A stretch of 64,000 nt of DNA from sequence record MW233709; one strand, written 5' to 3'. Both the position numbers and the translations under genes were made by a program. Source of the stretch: Escherichia phage UPEC01. Below, in pieces: positions 29,132-39,516 of this stretch (the stretch's first letter is position 1; every line of letters starts with the position of its first letter). Under the pieces are notes generated by a model that saw nothing but the letters and a program-made list of their open reading frames with translations, ran no database searches and was not told the DNA's origin.

Positions 29132-30810
29132 AAACGTTTAAGTTAAAGAAAGTAACGTATAAAAATATTATGTCGGTAGGCCAGCAACCTATTACAATCC
29201 AACTTGATAAGGTCCAAAAGACCTTAGTCACCGGTAAAAATGGCGCTGGGAAATCTACGTTCCTTGAAGCTGTTACATTTGCTCTGTTTGGTAAGCCTTT
29301 TCGTGATGTTAAGAAAGGGCAATTAATTAACTCAAGTAACAAGAAAGACCTTTTGGTCGAACTGTGGATGGAATATGATGGAAAAGAATACTATATCAAA
29401 CGCGGGCAAAAACCCAATGTTTTTGAAATCTCTTGTGGCGGTAAACGTCTTGATGAATCTGCCAGCAGTAAAGACTTCCAAGCGGAATTTGAACAGCTCA
29501 TCGGAATGTCCTATGCAAGCTTCAAACAAATTGTCGTACTCGGCACAGCTGGATATACCCCTTTTATGGGCCTATCCACTCCTGCAAGAAGAAAACTCGT
29601 CGAAGACCTTTTAGAGGTTTCTGTACTGGCCGATATGGATAAGCTGAACAAATCTCTTATCCGCGAAGTCAATAGTCAAATCCAGGTGCTGGATGTGCAG
29701 CATGATGGTATTGTTCAACAGATTAAAATCTATCAGGACAACGAAGACCGTCAAAGAAAATTATCAGGTGATAATCTGTTGCGGCTGCAAACGATGTATG
29801 ATGAACTTGCCACAGAAGCACGTGGAATCAAAACGACTATCGAAGAAGCAACGACAAGACTGACCGAGATAATCTTGGGAGAAGACCCTGAGCATGAACT
29901 CACGAAGTTAAAGCAAGAATCATTCCTGATTAAGTCGAAGATAGACGATTACCGAAAGGTTGTTGGTCTGTACGAGAAAGGTGGTTGTTGTCAGACTTGT
30001 GCCAGCCAGTTGCATCCAGGAGACCCTATTGTCGCCAGGATTGAGTCAAAGATTGAAGAATGTAATGTATCAGCTGATAACCATAAAGCTCGCCAGAACG
30101 CTGTTCAGGAGCAATTTGATGCGTATTCTGCTGCAAGACAAAAACAACGTACAATAGCTCAAGACATTCAAACTAAGAAACAAACCTTAGTTCAGACTGT
30201 CGAAAAAGCTAAAAAGGTTAAAGCATTAATCGAGCAAGCTAAGTCAGAATTCATTGACCATGCGGCAGACATTAAAATGCTTCAAGACCAGCTTGATAAA
30301 ATAGTCAAACAGAAATCCGACCTTGTGATGGAAAAATATCAACGTGGTATCCTAACGGATATGTTGAAAGATTCCGGTATCAAAGGTGCGATTATTAAGA
30401 AATATATTCCTATCTTTAATAAGCAAATTAATGCTTACCTTAAAGTTATGGAAGCTGATTATAGTTTTACGTTAGATGAAGAGTTCAACGAAACGATTAA
30501 ATCTCGTGGACGTGAAGACTTCAGCTATGCATCATTTAGCCAGGGTGAAAAAGCTCGTATCGATATTGCATTGCTGTTTACATGGCGTGATATTGCTGCG
30601 AAAGTATCTGGTGTTAATATTAACACCTTGATTCTGGACGAAGTTTTCGATTCAGCTACTGATGTAGAGGGGGTTAAAGCAATTGCTACCATCCTGAACA
30701 AATTGGAAGACACCAACATCTTTATTATCAGTCACCGAGACCACGACCCGGAAGCATACGGTCAACATCTCCAGATGAAAAAAGTTGGTCGATTCACTGT
30801 TATGGAATAA
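29128..30810 (+). CDS. 46: recombination endonuclease subunit gp46 (Rad50/SbcC-like ATPase)
   Basis: Walker A GKNGAGKST, Walker B LILDEVFD, long coiled coil. Confidence 0.95.
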   Translation: MKTFKLKKVTYKNIMSVGQQPITIQLDKVQKTLVTGKNGAGKSTFLEAVTFALFGKPFRDVKKGQLINSSNKKDLLVELWMEYDGKEYYIKRGQKPNVFEISCGGKRLDESASSKDFQAEFEQLIGMSYASFKQIVVLGTAGYTPFMGLSTPARRKLVEDLLEVSVLADMDKLNKSLIREVNSQIQVLDVQHDGIVQQIKIYQDNEDRQRKLSGDNLLRLQTMYDELATEARGIKTTIEEATTRLTEIILGEDPEHELTKLKQESFLIKSKIDDYRKVVGLYEKGGCCQTCASQLHPGDPIVARIESKIEECNVSADNHKARQNAVQEQFDAYSAARQKQRTIAQDIQTKKQTLVQTVEKAKKVKALIEQAKSEFIDHAADIKMLQDQLDKIVKQKSDLVMEKYQRGILTDMLKDSGIKGAIIKKYIPIFNKQINAYLKVMEADYSFTLDEEFNETIKSRGREDFSYASFSQGEKARIDIALLFTWRDIAAKVSGVNINTLILDEVFDSATDVEGVKAIATILNKLEDTNIFIISHRDHDPEAYGQHLQMKKVGRFTVME

Positions 30811-30834
30811 TGCTTTAAACAAGGATGTTATAAT
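30809..30834 (+). promoter_or_regulatory. middle-promoter-like element
   Basis: TGCTTTA 30811-30817, 11-nt CAAGGATG-containing spacer, TATAAT 30829-30834. Confidence 0.45.
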
Positions 30835-30844
30835 AGAGGCTGTT

Positions 30845-31036
30845 ATGGCTGACTTCTTAACCGGGCAGCATTTACTGGCTGTCCCCGAAATTAAACGATA
30901 TGTGTTAGTTAATACCTTTTCGAAAGATGAACACCTAGTTACTGAACGTGACTTGCAAAACGCTTTCGGTGAAGAATATGTTAAAATAATCGCGAACAGA
31001 CATCCTGCCTGGTTCGCATATGAATACTTTGATTAA
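30845..31036 (+). CDS. hypothetical small protein (45.2 position)
   Basis: GAGG SD; upstream ORF-track extension overlaps gp46. Confidence 0.5.
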   Translation: MADFLTGQHLLAVPEIKRYVLVNTFSKDEHLVTERDLQNAFGEEYVKIIANRHPAWFAYEYFD

Positions 31037-31060
31037 TTGATAATGAATAGAGAGAATATT

Positions 31061-31468
31061 ATGAACAACGTAACTGCTAAAGATATCCAAGTTAAAACCA
31101 TCCGCACCGACGCGAACCCACATAACCAAAACCGTGTTCGTAAATCCTGGGTCCTGGCATGTGATGAAGCATCTGCTACCCGTCTGCAGTCTCTGCCGCA
31201 AGAAATTAAATTCATGCTGTACGGTGTGATTGATACTGATGTATCTGATAAGTGGATTGAACTGATGCGTAATCACTACAACGATTCACTGGCTGCTGGT
31301 GCTAAACTGGTTATCGACCGTGACGGTTCCGAACGTCTTGAAGATGATTATTGTGTTAACTCTGACGACCATCTGGTGCAAGCTGGTTCTATTATTGCTG
31401 CGCAACTTCCAGAGTATATTGAATCTCTTCCGGAAGCTATCCGCAAACAAATGGCAGTTGTTGCTTAA
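31061..31468 (+). CDS. rpbA: RNA polymerase-binding protein RpbA-like (by position)
   Basis: Lies between 46 and 45 as in T4; AGAGAG SD before ATG 31061. Confidence 0.6.
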   Translation: MNNVTAKDIQVKTIRTDANPHNQNRVRKSWVLACDEASATRLQSLPQEIKFMLYGVIDTDVSDKWIELMRNHYNDSLAAGAKLVIDRDGSERLEDDYCVNSDDHLVQAGSIIAAQLPEYIESLPEAIRKQMAVVA

Positions 31469-31495
31469 TTTTTGATTTGAATAAAAGGTAATTAA

Positions 31496-32191
31496 ATGAA
31501 ATTCTCTAAAGACACTATCGCAGTTCTGAAAAACTTCACCTCCATTTACTCTGGCATTATGCTTAAGCCGGGTAATACCATCCTGACTCGTTCTGTAACC
31601 GGAGCGTCATATGGTGAATCTGAAATCAATGATACAATCGACTTTGAAGCTGCAATTTATGACCTGAACGGCTTCTTAAGTATCCTGGGTCTGGTAACTG
31701 ACCAAGCTGAAGTATCTCTGGCTGAAGATGCATCGAATATCATTATCAAAGACCAACGTTCAACGATTCACTGGCCTGCAGCTGACCCGAGCACTATCGT
31801 GTTCCCTGCTAAGAAGATTCCTTTCCCGGTAGCTAAGGTTATCTTCGACCTGAAAGGTAGTGACCTGCAGCAGCTTCTGCGTGTGGCTGGTGGGTTGTCT
31901 CTGGATACTTTTGCAATCACCAACAAAGACGGTAAGATTGTTATCCATGGTTATAACCAGCTCGAAGATAAAGAATTAGCACGCCCATTGTATTCCCTGG
32001 TGTGTGGCGATTACGAAGGCGATGCAGCGTTTAAATTTATCATTAACAAACTGAACATGAAAATGATTCCGGCTGATTACCGTGTTATGCTTTGGGCGAA
32101 AGATGATAAATTTGCTACGAAGTTTGAAGGCACACAAGCAAGCTATGTGATTGCAATGGAACAAGGCTCTAGCCACGAATTCCAAGATTAA
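31496..32191 (+). CDS. 45: sliding clamp gp45
   Basis: Clear match to recalled T4 gp45 (AIYDLNGFL, WPAADPST, LQQLLRV). Confidence 0.95.
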   Translation: MKFSKDTIAVLKNFTSIYSGIMLKPGNTILTRSVTGASYGESEINDTIDFEAAIYDLNGFLSILGLVTDQAEVSLAEDASNIIIKDQRSTIHWPAADPSTIVFPAKKIPFPVAKVIFDLKGSDLQQLLRVAGGLSLDTFAITNKDGKIVIHGYNQLEDKELARPLYSLVCGDYEGDAAFKFIINKLNMKMIPADYRVMLWAKDDKFATKFEGTQASYVIAMEQGSSHEFQD

Positions 32192-32196
32192 TAAAT

Positions 32197-32210
32197 GGGG
32201 CTTCGGCCCC
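32197..32210 (+). other. intercistronic hairpin GGGGCTTCGGCCCC without U-tract
   Basis: Perfect 5-bp GC stem with CTTCGG loop between 45 and 44; identical copy at 62948-62961. Confidence 0.5.
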
Positions 32211-32249
32211 ATGGAGTACAAAGTAGAAACTAATATGAGGAAAATAATA

Positions 32250-33227
32250 ATGGCAACAGTAATTAACGGTTTGACAGTCAACGAATCCGACTTCATGTGG
32301 GAACAAAAATACCGCCCAGGTACATTATCAGAGTGTATTCTCCCGGCCCATGATAAAGAAACATTAGAGGCGATTGTTAAAAAAGGTTTGATTCCTAACT
32401 TGATTCTGGTCAGTAGTTCCCCTGGTACTGGTAAGACAACAGTTGCAAAAGCTATGTGTGCAGATACGAATTCTGATATGCTGTTTGTTAACGGCTCCGA
32501 TTGCCGAATTGACTTTGTGCGTAATGAATTGACTCGCTTTGCATCATCCAAATCAATCGAAGGTCGCCGCAAGGTAATCGTTATCGATGAGTTTGACCGT
32601 GCAGGTCTGGCTGAATCACAACGGCACCTCCGTAGCTTTATGGAAGCTTATTCGAGTAACTGTTCAATCATTATGACCGCGAACAATATTGATGGCATCA
32701 TCACTCCGTTGCAGTCTCGTTGTCGCGTCATTAAGTTCGGTGAAGCAACTCCGGCTGACCAGACTACCATGATGAAAGAGATGATTCATCGTGCAGTTGC
32801 GGTATGTAAAAATGAAGGCGTTGAAATCGAAGACCTGAAAGTTGTTGCTGCTCTGGTTAAGCATAACTTCCCGGACCTGCGTAAGACAATTAACGAGCTT
32901 GACCGTTACTCTGCAAAGGGTGTTATCGATTCTGGTATTCTGAGTATCGTGACAAACAATCGCACGCCAATTGATGATGTGATTGATGCCCTTAAGGACC
33001 GTAATTTTAAAGTTCTCCGTGGTCTGGCTCCTAAGCATGCAAATGATTATTCAAGCTTCATTGCAAAGCTGGCTGATGAAATGTATGGCAAACTGACTGG
33101 TGCAAGTATCATCCGCATGTATGAGATTGTAGGTGAGAATAATCAGTATCATGGCATTGCGGCCAATACCGAAGTTCACTTGACTTATCTGTTTGCTCAA
33201 CTGGCTGGGGAAATGAAATGGCTGTAA
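32250..33227 (+). CDS. 44: clamp loader large subunit gp44 (AAA+)
   Basis: Matches recalled T4 gp44 (EQKYRP, SPGTGKTT, VIVIDEFDR, SRC). Confidence 0.95.
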   Translation: MATVINGLTVNESDFMWEQKYRPGTLSECILPAHDKETLEAIVKKGLIPNLILVSSSPGTGKTTVAKAMCADTNSDMLFVNGSDCRIDFVRNELTRFASSKSIEGRRKVIVIDEFDRAGLAESQRHLRSFMEAYSSNCSIIMTANNIDGIITPLQSRCRVIKFGEATPADQTTMMKEMIHRAVAVCKNEGVEIEDLKVVAALVKHNFPDLRKTINELDRYSAKGVIDSGILSIVTNNRTPIDDVIDALKDRNFKVLRGLAPKHANDYSSFIAKLADEMYGKLTGASIIRMYEIVGENNQYHGIAANTEVHLTYLFAQLAGEMKWL

Positions 33228-33796
33228 GTCTCTTTGATGATGACGTTCAATTAAACGAACATGAGGTTGCGTGGAAATCACGCGACTTTAACAAAATTCA
33301 GGAATTGTCCGATTCATACAAAGAGAAAGCAGAAAATGAATTGTTCGCGATTCTTAACGACATAACCGTTAGCAAAAAACCACGGAACCTGATTCAATCG
33401 GAAAACTACAATAAATTCTGGCTGGATAACGCATTGAGTCAACATGTTGATTGCATCATGCAGGTGAACGTGATGAACTTAATCGGTTCCGGGTTAACAG
33501 ACCAGCAGCATTATAATTATTTGCTGCATGCAGTTCCGCAAGGTAAGCGTTACGGCAAATGGGCGAAGGCTGAACCGGATGTAGTCAACGTCCAGCTTGT
33601 GCTCAAGCTTTTAATGAAATATTATACAATTAATGCAGATGATGCTTTGATGTATATGGAAACATTGAAAGTCAAAGGTAGTCTTAAAGATGTTTTGAAA
33701 AAGACAAAAGGTCTGGTAACGGATGAATTCTTAAAGACCGTTACCAGTAATGTGAAAGAACAAAAAGAAATTAAAAAACAAATATTGGAATGGTAA
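33218..33796 (+). CDS. 62: clamp loader small subunit gp62
   Basis: Matches recalled T4 gp62 (VQLNEHEVAW, KRYGKWAK, GLVTDEFLK). Confidence 0.9.
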   Translation: MAVSLFDDDVQLNEHEVAWKSRDFNKIQELSDSYKEKAENELFAILNDITVSKKPRNLIQSENYNKFWLDNALSQHVDCIMQVNVMNLIGSGLTDQQHYNYLLHAVPQGKRYGKWAKAEPDVVNVQLVLKLLMKYYTINADDALMYMETLKVKGSLKDVLKKTKGLVTDEFLKTVTSNVKEQKEIKKQILEW

Positions 33797-33797
33797 A

Positions 33798-34166
33798 ATG
33801 ATTGAAATTACATTAAAGCAACCTGAAGACTTCCTGAAAGTTAAAGAAACTCTGACCCGTATGGGCATCGCAAATAATAAAGACCGTGTGCTGTACCAGA
33901 GCTGCCACATCCTCCAAAAGCAAGGTCGTTATTATATTGTTCACTTCAAAGAAATGCTGCGCATGGATGGTCGTCAGGTTGATATTGACGGTGAAGACTA
34001 TCAGCGCCGTGATTCCATCGCCCAACTGCTTGAAGACTGGGGCTTAATCGCTATCAAAGAAGAAGAGCATAATGAATTGTTCGCAGTAACAAATAACTTC
34101 CGTGTTATTTCATTCAAACAAAAAGACGACTGGAAGCTCGTAGCCAAATATACAATTGGTAATTGA
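33798..34166 (+). CDS. regA: translational repressor RegA
   Basis: Near-identical to recalled T4 RegA (MIEITLKQPEDFLKVKETLTRMGIANNKD...). Confidence 0.95.
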   Translation: MIEITLKQPEDFLKVKETLTRMGIANNKDRVLYQSCHILQKQGRYYIVHFKEMLRMDGRQVDIDGEDYQRRDSIAQLLEDWGLIAIKEEEHNELFAVTNNFRVISFKQKDDWKLVAKYTIGN

Positions 34167-34383
34167 TATGAAGCATGAAATTGAAACATGTGAACGCCTT
34201 AAAGAAGTATATGGACTTTCCCCAACTCAAACTATTTTTGACCTTTCCGAAGAACTTCAAATAGAATTTCAAAAGGAACTCAATAAATTATTGCATCCTG
34301 GACAGAGAGTCTTCCAGGCTATGGTTAGAACTAAAGATGAAAATGGTAATCCGACCATCGAACGTCGTACAATAGAAATTTAA
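34156..34383 (+). CDS. hypothetical small protein
   Basis: Intact ORF followed by terminator. Confidence 0.5.
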   Translation: MVIDMKHEIETCERLKEVYGLSPTQTIFDLSEELQIEFQKELNKLLHPGQRVFQAMVRTKDENGNPTIERRTIEI

Positions 34384-34387
34384 AGCA

Positions 34388-34410
34388 AAGGGACTTCGGT
34401 CCCTTTTGTA
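34388..34410 (+). terminator. rho-independent terminator-like hairpin
   Basis: AGGGAC-TTCG-GTCCCT then TTTT. Confidence 0.55.
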
Positions 34411-34468
34411 GTATAATAGCGTCAAGTCATAAAACAAAAGTCAATCACTCGACTATAAAGGAAATCAA

Positions 34469-37183
34469 ATGCAAGAATTTTATTTAACTATCGAACAAAT
34501 CGGTGACAACCTACTCGAACGATATATTGACAAGAATGGTCATGAACGTGTTCGTGAAATCCCTTATGCTCCATGCTTGTTTATGCACGCCCGCGAAGAC
34601 CAAGCTGCAAAGTATACAGACATCTATAATAAAGGTTGTGTGAAAAAAGAATTCGATTCCATGCGTGATGCATCCCAGTGGATGAAGCGAATGAATGACA
34701 TGGGTCTCGAAGCTATGGGTATGGACGACTTTAAACTCGCATACTTGTCCGACCGTTACCCACACGAAATCAAATATGATTCAAGTAAAATCCGTGTTGC
34801 TAACTTCGATATCGAGGTGACATCTCCTGATGGGTTCCCTGAACCGTCTGAAGCACGTCACCCTATTGACGCCCTGACGCACTATGATTCGGTAGACGAT
34901 AAATTCTATGTCTTTGACCTTTTGGGCTCACCATACGCCACTGTGGAGCAATGGTCTATTGATATTGCTGCTAAGCTGCAGGAAGACGGTGGTGATGAAG
35001 TCCCGGAAGAAATCCTGGAAAAAATTGTTTATATGGCTTTCGATTCAGAAGAAGAAATGCTCCAGCAGTATTTGGTATTCTGGAACGAGAAAACTCCGGT
35101 TATGTTAACTGGTTGGAACATCGAGAAGTTTGATATTCCATATATCTACAACCGCCTTAAAAATGTATTTGGTGAAGCTACAGCAAAACGTCTGAGCCCA
35201 CATCGTCGTACAAAAGTTAAGGTCATTAACAACGGCTTTGGCGAAGAACAAGAAATCATTCAGATTCTGGGTATCTCTGTTCTGGATTATCTGGACCTGT
35301 ATAAAAAGTTCAGCTTCACAAACCAACCGTCTTATTCGTTGGATTATGTTGCGGAATCTGAACTGGGTGTTGGTAAACTCCCGTATGATGGCCCGATTTC
35401 TAAACTGCGCGAATCAAATCACCAGCGGTATATTTCTTATAACATCATCGACGTTTATCGTGTTGTGCAGATTGACCGTAAGCGACAGTTTATTAACCTG
35501 AGTCAGTCAATGGGTTATTACGCAAAAATGCAGATTCAGTCTGTATTCAGCCCAATCAAAACTTGGGATGCGATTATCTTTAACAGCTTGAAGACTCAAA
35601 ACAAAGTTATTCCGGAAACCAAATCGCATGTTCGCCAATCGTTCCCTGGTGCATTTGTTAAGGAACCTATTCCGAACGCATACAAATATGTAATGAGCTG
35701 TGACTTAACATCTCTGTATCCGAGCATCATCCGACAGATTAACATCAGTCCAGAAACGATTGCCGGGTCATTTGCGCCAGCCCAGATGTATGAATACATC
35801 GCAGGAACTGCTGACCGTCCATCTGATACATTTAGTTGTGCTCCAAATGGTATGATGTATTTTAAAGATGTTGCGGGTATTATTCCGACAGAAGTCACCA
35901 AGGTGTTTAATCAGCGTAAAGAGCACAAAGGCTATATGCTTGCGGCTCAACGTAATGGTGAACTGATTAAGGAAGCTCTGCGTAATCCAGGAACTGGCAC
36001 AACCGAACCAGAAGTTGATTATCGTCATGACTTTGATGACAATATGAAAACGACCCTGCATGGTCTGAATCAAACAGTCCTAAATGGTATGCTGTACAAA
36101 GCGCAGATGGAAGAAGTTGCAGGCATGACCGCACAGATTAACCGTAAACTGCTTATCAACAGTTGTTATGGCGCTCTGGGTAATATCTGGTTCCGTTACT
36201 TTGACCTGCGAAATGCAACCGCGATTACATCTTTCGGACAACTTGCACTGCAGTGGATTGAGCGTAAAGTTAACGAATACTTCGATAGTGTTTGTGGTAC
36301 AAGCGGTGAAACTTATGTGTTCTATGGCGATACTGACTCCATTTATATCCAGTGCGATAACCTGATTAAAAAGGTTGGTGGCGAATCTAAATTCCGCGAT
36401 ACAAACCACCTGGTTGACTTCATGGACAAGTTTGCGAAAGACCGTCTGGAACCGGCAATCGATAAAGCTTTCCGTGAGCTGGCTGAATACATGAACAACA
36501 AACAGCACCTTATGTTTATGGACCGTGAGGCGATTGCATGTCCTCCGCTGGGTTCGAAGGGTGTGGGTGGATTCTGGACGGCGAAGAAGCGTTATGCGTT
36601 GAACGTGTACGATATGGAAGGCACACGTTATGCTGTTCCAAAATTGAAAATCATGGGTCTGGAAACTCAAAAGTCGAGTACTCCAAAGGCATGTCAGAAA
36701 GCTCTGAAAGAATGCATCCGCCGTATGCTGCAAGAAGGTGAAGAATCTCTGCAGACATACTTCAAGGAATTCAATAAGGAATTTAATGAGCTTAACTACA
36801 TGACCATCGCAGGGGTATCATCGGTTAACAACATCCAGAAATATAATGAAGGTGGTTTCCCTGGATTTAAGTGCCCGGCTCATATCAAAGGTGTGCTTGC
36901 ATATATGCGTGCAACTAAAGGTCTGAAGACTGTTCCGCAAATCATGGAAGGGGAAAAGGTGTATGTACTTCCTCTTAAAGTCGGCAACCCATTTGGTGAA
37001 ACCGTGATTGCATGGCCATCAGGGATTGAACTCCCGATTGAAATTCGTGACCAAGTCTTGCAGTGGATGGACTACAACACACTGTTCCAGAAGACTTTTG
37101 TCAAACCGTTAACAGGTTTCTCTGAAGCTGCAAAGGTTGATTACGAAAAGAAAGCAACTCTTTTTGATATGTTTGACTTTTAA
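34469..37183 (+). CDS. 43: DNA polymerase gp43 (family B)
   Basis: 904 aa; exo and pol motifs (FDIEV, YGDTDS, KKRYA); uninterrupted. Confidence 0.97.
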   Translation: MQEFYLTIEQIGDNLLERYIDKNGHERVREIPYAPCLFMHAREDQAAKYTDIYNKGCVKKEFDSMRDASQWMKRMNDMGLEAMGMDDFKLAYLSDRYPHEIKYDSSKIRVANFDIEVTSPDGFPEPSEARHPIDALTHYDSVDDKFYVFDLLGSPYATVEQWSIDIAAKLQEDGGDEVPEEILEKIVYMAFDSEEEMLQQYLVFWNEKTPVMLTGWNIEKFDIPYIYNRLKNVFGEATAKRLSPHRRTKVKVINNGFGEEQEIIQILGISVLDYLDLYKKFSFTNQPSYSLDYVAESELGVGKLPYDGPISKLRESNHQRYISYNIIDVYRVVQIDRKRQFINLSQSMGYYAKMQIQSVFSPIKTWDAIIFNSLKTQNKVIPETKSHVRQSFPGAFVKEPIPNAYKYVMSCDLTSLYPSIIRQINISPETIAGSFAPAQMYEYIAGTADRPSDTFSCAPNGMMYFKDVAGIIPTEVTKVFNQRKEHKGYMLAAQRNGELIKEALRNPGTGTTEPEVDYRHDFDDNMKTTLHGLNQTVLNGMLYKAQMEEVAGMTAQINRKLLINSCYGALGNIWFRYFDLRNATAITSFGQLALQWIERKVNEYFDSVCGTSGETYVFYGDTDSIYIQCDNLIKKVGGESKFRDTNHLVDFMDKFAKDRLEPAIDKAFRELAEYMNNKQHLMFMDREAIACPPLGSKGVGGFWTAKKRYALNVYDMEGTRYAVPKLKIMGLETQKSSTPKACQKALKECIRRMLQEGEESLQTYFKEFNKEFNELNYMTIAGVSSVNNIQKYNEGGFPGFKCPAHIKGVLAYMRATKGLKTVPQIMEGEKVYVLPLKVGNPFGETVIAWPSGIELPIEIRDQVLQWMDYNTLFQKTFVKPLTGFSEAAKVDYEKKATLFDMFDF

Positions 37184-37184
37184 G

Positions 37185-37252
37185 TGTTTACAACGGCAAT
37201 GGATTGCCGTATGATTACCCCATCAACTGATGAATAACTTGAGGATATTAAA
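37185..37252 (+). promoter_or_regulatory. early promoter cassette
   Basis: GTGTTTACAA, TATGATTA, leader CCCCATCAACTGATGAATAACTTGAGGA. Confidence 0.45.
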
Positions 37253-37495
37253 ATGGAAACATTAATTGCGGGTACTGTTGTTCTTGGTGCAGGTTCTTTC
37301 TTCCTGGCTGCACTGGCATATTTTCTGCCGTGGATTATCGCGCTACTGCGTGGAACCAAAAGTAATTGCGGAATCTTCTTTGTTAACCTCCTGTTAGGTT
37401 GGACAATGGTCGGATGGTTTATTGCATTTATCTGGGCACTCGTTGCTGAACGTAAATCAAACGCACAAGTAATTATCATCAAGGAATCAAAATGA
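37253..37495 (+). CDS. small two-helix membrane protein (Imm position; identity not verified)
   Basis: Two hydrophobic helices; sits where T4 imm lies downstream of 43. Confidence 0.5.
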   Translation: METLIAGTVVLGAGSFFLAALAYFLPWIIALLRGTKSNCGIFFVNLLLGWTMVGWFIAFIWALVAERKSNAQVIIIKESK

Positions 37496-37642
37496 AGATA
37501 ATTACAATTATTGTATTGATTGCATTTTTAGTATGTCAATCTATTGGGCAATAATGACTCCACATATGATTCCAACTTTAATTTTGGGTTGGGTATTTTT
37601 GGGGCTCCAAGCCCGCTATGAATGTTTTAATTAGGAAGCAAA

Positions 37643-38146
37643 ATGAAAAAGTTAGCTATCGCAGCTGTTATGCTGCTATCTGGTTGTGCTTACCAGGGTG
37701 ATGTTGTTAATGCCAACGAGATTGGTAAAGCGCGAATTGCTGCAGACCGTCAGGTGCATAATGGTTCCTTTGATTTCAAAGGTGGTACTGGACTTATCTA
37801 CAAACGCGACAACAATCAATGTGGAAACAACTGCGCGAAATATGCTCAACAAGAAATTGAGTACAAACGCGAGCAAGCTGCGAAGCATGACGAAATCATT
37901 GCCAAGCTGGAAGCAGAAACCAAGCGACAAAATGACCTGGACACTGTTAACCAGATTTCACAGGTCTGCATGTCATACATCAATATGCAGATAAACATCA
38001 TGCGCGCAGAAGCTTATCAGGCAGCGGAGATGGGTTCTCCAAAAGCTAATGAGTACCGCGATATGTATCAGCGTTCTGCTCAAAACCGTCTGAGCTATAT
38101 TAATAAATGTGTAGCTAAAGAGAAAGCACGCCAAGGTATTAACTGA
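37643..38146 (+). CDS. hypothetical lipoprotein
   Basis: Lipobox LLSGC after basic N-terminus. Confidence 0.55.
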   Translation: MKKLAIAAVMLLSGCAYQGDVVNANEIGKARIAADRQVHNGSFDFKGGTGLIYKRDNNQCGNNCAKYAQQEIEYKREQAAKHDEIIAKLEAETKRQNDLDTVNQISQVCMSYINMQINIMRAEAYQAAEMGSPKANEYRDMYQRSAQNRLSYINKCVAKEKARQGIN

Positions 38147-38257
38147 TGTTATTATTACTTCTGATTGTTGTAACAGTAATTGGTTTGCTGCTATTAGAAA
38201 AGCGTAATAAGCATTTGGCTGAAGAAAACTGGAAATGTGGTAACGTTTACTGAGTTA

Positions 38258-38284
38258 ATTGCTCTAAAAATACAGTGATATAAT
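38258..38284 (+). promoter_or_regulatory. middle-promoter-like element upstream of uvsX
   Basis: TGCTCTA 38260-38266, 12-nt spacer, TATAAT 38279-38284. Confidence 0.4.
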
Positions 38285-38337
38285 TATCCTATCTTAAACC
38301 TGTGAGAAAAATATAATGGTGCCTATGGAAAAAATGA

Positions 38338-39516
38338 ATGTCTATTGCAGATTTGAAATCCCGTTTGATTAAAGCTTCTACATCCAAAATGACTGCGACT
38401 CTTACCAAGTCCAAGTTCTTTAATGATAAAGATGTAGTTCGTACAAAAATCCCGATGCTGAACATTGCAATCAGCGGTGCACTAGATGGTGGTATGCAGT
38501 CAGGTTTGACTATTTTTGCTGGTCCGTCAAAACACTTTAAATCCAATATGGGTTTAACGATGGTCTCTGCATATATGAACAAATACCCCGATGCAATCTG
38601 TTTGTTCTATGATTCAGAATTTGGTATCACAGAAGCATATCTTCGTGCAATGAAAGTTGACCCGGAACGTGTTATCCATACACCAATCCAGTCGGTTGAA
38701 CAATTGAAAGTTGATATGGTTAACCAGCTTGAAGCAATTGAGCGTGGTGAAAAAGTCATTATCTTTATTGACTCAATCGGTAACATGGCGTCGAAAAAAG
38801 AAACAGAAGATGCGATGAACGAAAAAGTTGTTGGTGATATGACTCGCGCTAAATCCCTGAAATCTCTGTTCCGTATTGTTACCCCATATTTTAGTATCAA
38901 GGATATTCCTTGTGTCGCGGTTAACCATACAATTGAGACGATTGAGATGTACAGCAAAACCGTTATGACCGGTGGCACAGGTGTTATGTATTCCGCAGAC
39001 ACCGTATTCATTATCGGCAAACGCCAGATTAAAGAAACTGGTAAAGAACTTGAAGGCTTCCAATTTGTTCTGAACGCCGAAAAATCTCGTATGGTCAAAG
39101 AGAAAAGTAAATTCTTCATTGATGTAAAATTCGATGGGGGTATTGACCCGTATTCTGGCCTGCTTGATATGGCAATGGAAATCGGATTTGTGGTGAAACC
39201 AAAAGTTGGTTGGTATAACCGTGAATATCTTGATGTTGAGACCGGCGAAATGGTCCGCGAAGAAAAATCATGGCGCGCAAAAGATACTAACTGCACCGAA
39301 TTCTGGGGTCCGCTGTTCAAGCACGAACCTTTCCGTGATGCAATTAAACGCCATTACCAACTGGGTGCAATCGATAGCAATGCTGTTGTTGATGCTGAAG
39401 TTGATGCGCTTATTGCCTCCAAGGTTGAAAAATACTCTGCTCCTGAAGGTAAGACAAAACCGTCCGCTGCAGATATCGAAAACGATTTAGATATGATGGA
39501 AGACCTTGATGAATGA
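38338..39516 (+). CDS. uvsX: recombinase UvsX (RecA-like)
   Basis: Long identical stretches to recalled T4 UvsX; Walker A GPSKHFKS. Confidence 0.96.
   Translation: MSIADLKSRLIKASTSKMTATLTKSKFFNDKDVVRTKIPMLNIAISGALDGGMQSGLTIFAGPSKHFKSNMGLTMVSAYMNKYPDAICLFYDSEFGITEAYLRAMKVDPERVIHTPIQSVEQLKVDMVNQLEAIERGEKVIIFIDSIGNMASKKETEDAMNEKVVGDMTRAKSLKSLFRIVTPYFSIKDIPCVAVNHTIETIEMYSKTVMTGGTGVMYSADTVFIIGKRQIKETGKELEGFQFVLNAEKSRMVKEKSKFFIDVKFDGGIDPYSGLLDMAMEIGFVVKPKVGWYNREYLDVETGEMVREEKSWRAKDTNCTEFWGPLFKHEPFRDAIKRHYQLGAIDSNAVVDAEVDALIASKVEKYSAPEGKTKPSAADIENDLDMMEDLDE

Noticed and set aside
32151-32249. N-terminal extension of gene 44 in the ORF track
   Set aside because: Extension runs through the gene 45 stop and the intercistronic hairpin; the T4-like N-terminus begins at ATG 32250.
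31976-32572. 198-aa minus-strand ORF
   Set aside because: Antisense across the 45/44 junction, both confidently identified.
36080-36733. 217-aa minus-strand ORF
   Set aside because: Lies entirely antisense within DNA polymerase gene 43, which is strongly supported; long antisense frames are expected in such genes.
37492-37641. Tiny hydrophobic ORFs (20, 26 and, at 38146-38253, 35 aa) between gene 43 and uvsX
   Set aside because: Too short to support from sequence alone, although they may be real membrane peptides.
38607-39320. 237-aa minus-strand ORF
   Set aside because: Antisense within uvsX; no independent signals.
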